A DNA stretch of 33,604 bases from an uncultured Candidatus Saccharibacteria bacterium (lineage in GTDB: Bacteria; Patescibacteriota; Minisyncoccia; Phycocordibacterales; UBA9973), in NCBI GenBank assembly GCA_964365245.1, contig CAYIOX010000002.1, positions 1-33,604 on the forward strand, written 5' to 3'. The notes beneath the pieces are model-generated. The model saw only the letters and a program-made list of their open reading frames with translations. It had not been told where the DNA came from and made no database searches. The translations under genes and the position numbers were made by a program. Positions 31,709 to 33,604 of this stretch are shown here, one piece after another; within the stretch, counting starts at the first letter, position 1; each line of letters opens with the position of its first letter.

Positions 31709-31724
31709 CCCTGCCATGGCGGGG
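31709..31724 (+). promoter_or_regulatory. G+C-rich hairpin CCCTGC-catg-GCGGGG between nusA and hppA
   Basis: 6-bp stem (one G-U). The 3' arm GGGG is the only SD-like purine run upstream of the hppA ATG. The loop contains an alternative in-frame ATG at 31716. Confidence 0.35.
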
Positions 31725-31733
31725 AATAAGAAT

Positions 31734-33604
31734 ATGGATAAATTTTTATTGTTCGCGCTCATTAGTTCAGTTGTTGCTATCGTTTATGGTTTATTTTTGG
31801 CCAAGTCAATATTAAAAAAGAATGCTGGAAACGCTCGCATGCAAGAAATCGCAAAAGCGATCCAGGAAGGGGCTCAGGCCTATTTGAATAAACAATACAA
31901 AACCATAGGCGTCATCGCCATAATACTTTTCTTTATCGTAGGTTTCATACCAAAACTCGGTTGGACAATGGCTTTCGGATTTCTAGTCGGAGCTATATTT
32001 TCCGCTCTTGCCGGATATATAGGCATGAATGTATCAGTCAGAGCGAATGTCCGAACAGCTGAAGCCGCCAGAAGCGGGATAGGGAGCGCGTTGTCTTTGG
32101 CATTTAAGGGCGGAACGGTTACCGGACTTTTAGTGGTCGGTCTCGCTCTCCTCGGCGTAACTCTCTTTTACGCTATCACCAAAGATGTTACAGCCCTCGT
32201 GGGACTCGGATTTGGCGCTTCGCTGATTTCTGTGTTTGCAAGACTGGGCGGAGGAATTTTTACCAAAGCGGCCGATGTCGGCGCCGACCTTGTCGGCAAA
32301 CTTGAAGCAAATATCCCTGAAGACGATCCGAGGAATCCCGGAGTGATCGCAGACAATGTCGGAGACAATGTCGGAGATTGCGCTGGCATGGCTGCTGATT
32401 TATTTGAAACCTACGCTGTTACATCCGTAGCAACAATGTTGCTCGGTTCTCTTCTTTTTGTTGGATTTCAAAATGCAATTATCTATCCTCTCGTAATCGG
32501 CGGAATGGCTATTTTTGCGTCCATTATCGGCACCTGGTTTGTAAAACTTGGCAAAAAAAACAATATAATGGGCGCCCTATACAAAGGCCTCATCGCTTCT
32601 GGCATAATTGCGGCAGTTCTTTTTTATCCTGTTACTAAATTATTAATGACAGGCAATGGCAAATATTCGGTAATGGATTTATTTATTTGCTCTCTCGTAG
32701 GTCTCTTCGTCACTGGAGCTCTGGTCATCATCACAGAATATTTCACTTCCACAAAATACGGTCCAGTCAAATCTATCGCTCTGGCAAGCGTTTCGGGTCA
32801 TGGCACAAATGTTATCCAAGGTTTGGCTATTTCAATGAAATCTACCGCCCTCCCTCTCATCACAATCGTCTTCGGAATATTGGTCAGCTATCACTACGGC
32901 GGACTTTATGGGATAGCGGTGGCTGCGATGTCTATGCTCTCAATGACGGGGATTATTGTGGCAATAGACGCGTATGGCCCCATCACAGACAATGCGGGAG
33001 GCATCGCCGAAATGGCAAACTTGCCAGAGTCGGTCCGAAACGTGACTGATCCACTCGACGCAGTCGGAAACACCACCAAAGCCGTTACCAAAGGTTACGC
33101 TATCGGTTCCGCGGGTTTGGCCGCTCTTGTTTTGTTTGCTTCATACACTGAGGAAATCGTCAAAGCTGGCAAAAGTTTAACTTTTGATTTAAGCAATCCC
33201 TACGTGATCGTCGGTCTCTTTATCGGAGGACTTCTCCCCTATTACTTCGGAGCTCTTTGTATGGAAGCGGTGGGAAAAACTGCCGGTAAAGTGGTGGAAG
33301 AAATCAGAAGACAATTTAGAGAGATAAAAGGGATTATGGAAGGAAAAGCAAAACCGGATTATGCAAAGGCGGTATCCATAATCACAGGCGCAGCCATCAA
33401 ACAAATGATCTTGCCAGCCCTCATACCGGTTCTCGCGCCTATTTTAGTAATTTTAGTTTTTGGAAAAGAAAAAGGCCTTGTGGTCCTAGGCGGATTGCTC
33501 GTCGGTTCCATCATCACGGGACTCTTTGTGGCTATCTCCATGACCTCCGGCGGAGGTGCTTGGGATAACGCCAAGAAACACATTGAACAAGGCAACCATG
33601 GAGG
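31734..33604 (+). CDS. hppA: Membrane-bound pyrophosphate-energised proton pump, K+-independent sequence type; C-terminus off the right edge
   Basis: Not in the ORF track because it is edge-truncated. Hand translation gives [12 protein letters not shown]...[56 protein letters not shown]...[20 protein letters not shown]...[16 protein letters not shown]. An in-frame alternative ATG lies at 31716. Confidence 0.95.
   Translation, partial: MDKFLLFALISSVVAIVYGLFLAKSILKKNAGNARMQEIAKAIQEGAQAYLNKQYKTIGVIAIILFFIVGFIPKLGWTMAFGFLVGAIFSALAGYIGMNVSVRANVRTAEAARSGIGSALSLAFKGGTVTGLLVVGLALLGVTLFYAITKDVTALVGLGFGASLISVFARLGGGIFTKAADVGADLVGKLEANIPEDDPRNPGVIADNVGDNVGDCAGMAADLFETYAVTSVATMLLGSLLFVGFQNAIIYPLVIGGMAIFASIIGTWFVKLGKKNNIMGALYKGLIASGIIAAVLFYPVTKLLMTGNGKYSVMDLFICSLVGLFVTGALVIITEYFTSTKYGPVKSIALASVSGHGTNVIQGLAISMKSTALPLITIVFGILVSYHYGGLYGIAVAAMSMLSMTGIIVAIDAYGPITDNAGGIAEMANLPESVRNVTDPLDAVGNTTKAVTKGYAIGSAGLAALVLFASYTEEIVKAGKSLTFDLSNPYVIVGLFIGGLLPYYFGALCMEAVGKTAGKVVEEIRRQFREIKGIMEGKAKPDYAKAVSIITGAAIKQMILPALIPVLAPILVILVFGKEKGLVVLGGLLVGSIITGLFVAISMTSGGGAWDNAKKHIEQGNHG

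Noticed and set aside
31734-33604. Only short ORFs are listed in the track (32168..32389, 32687..33049, 32906..33091, 33189..33404, 33359..33595).
   Set aside because: They are off-frame or antisense shadows of the edge-truncated H+-PPase gene, whose hallmark motifs read continuously in frame from 31734.
1-33604. Looked for CRISPR arrays, tRNA or rRNA genes, transposases or integrases, toxin-antitoxin pairs and known defence-system genes.
   Set aside because: None was recognisable by eye. The only repeats are intragenic domain repeats, low-complexity tracts and short palindromes.

Overview
AT-rich, very tightly packed bacterial window: about 30 genes, many 4-nt or longer overlaps, almost no intergenic DNA. 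No rRNA, tRNA, CRISPR array, transposase or integrase was seen by eye. Compact housekeeping enzymes, ComEC, type IV pilus genes with giant pilins, huge secreted glycan-active proteins and an H+-PPase suggest a streamlined Patescibacteria/CPR-like genome. That assignment is inference only.

Gene order:
- (-) a secreted LamG-FN3-heparinase II/III-like protein of more than 1300 aa. It runs off the left edge and is absent from the ORF track.
- (-) argS, dut, tmk, SDR, glyA, and a stand-alone ComEC-type MBL domain.
- (+) Fe/Mn SOD.
- (-) the comEC channel part, rnhA, recJ.
- (+) HIT.
- (-) a 964-aa beta-helix/FN3/PG-binding protein, then pgk and tpiA.
- (+) three prepilin-type genes.
- (-) an Asn-rich membrane coiled-coil protein, pilC, pilB.
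- (+) a G+C-rich single-gene island encoding a PEP-CTERM protein.
- (-) a three-gene operon of secreted Cys/Trp-rich proteins.
- A structured leader region.
- (+) nusA and a K+-independent-type H+-pyrophosphatase, which runs off the right edge.

Main things worth a second look:
1. The compositionally foreign PEP-CTERM gene, with no exosortase in view.
2. The adjacent uncharacterised secreted Cys/Trp-repeat operon.
3. A ComEC split around an opposite-strand sod gene, with a degenerate metal motif, embedded in a recJ-to-dut DNA-uptake and nucleotide-salvage supercluster.
4. A recurrent TGnTAnnnT-N6/7-ATG geometry implying leaderless expression of at least nine genes.
5. G+C-rich palindromes embedded in-frame in coding sequence.
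6. An orphan terminator plus a 77-nt cUUCGg-containing structure upstream of nusA.

I cannot show that any of these is a new system. They are ranked hypotheses with explicit tests.
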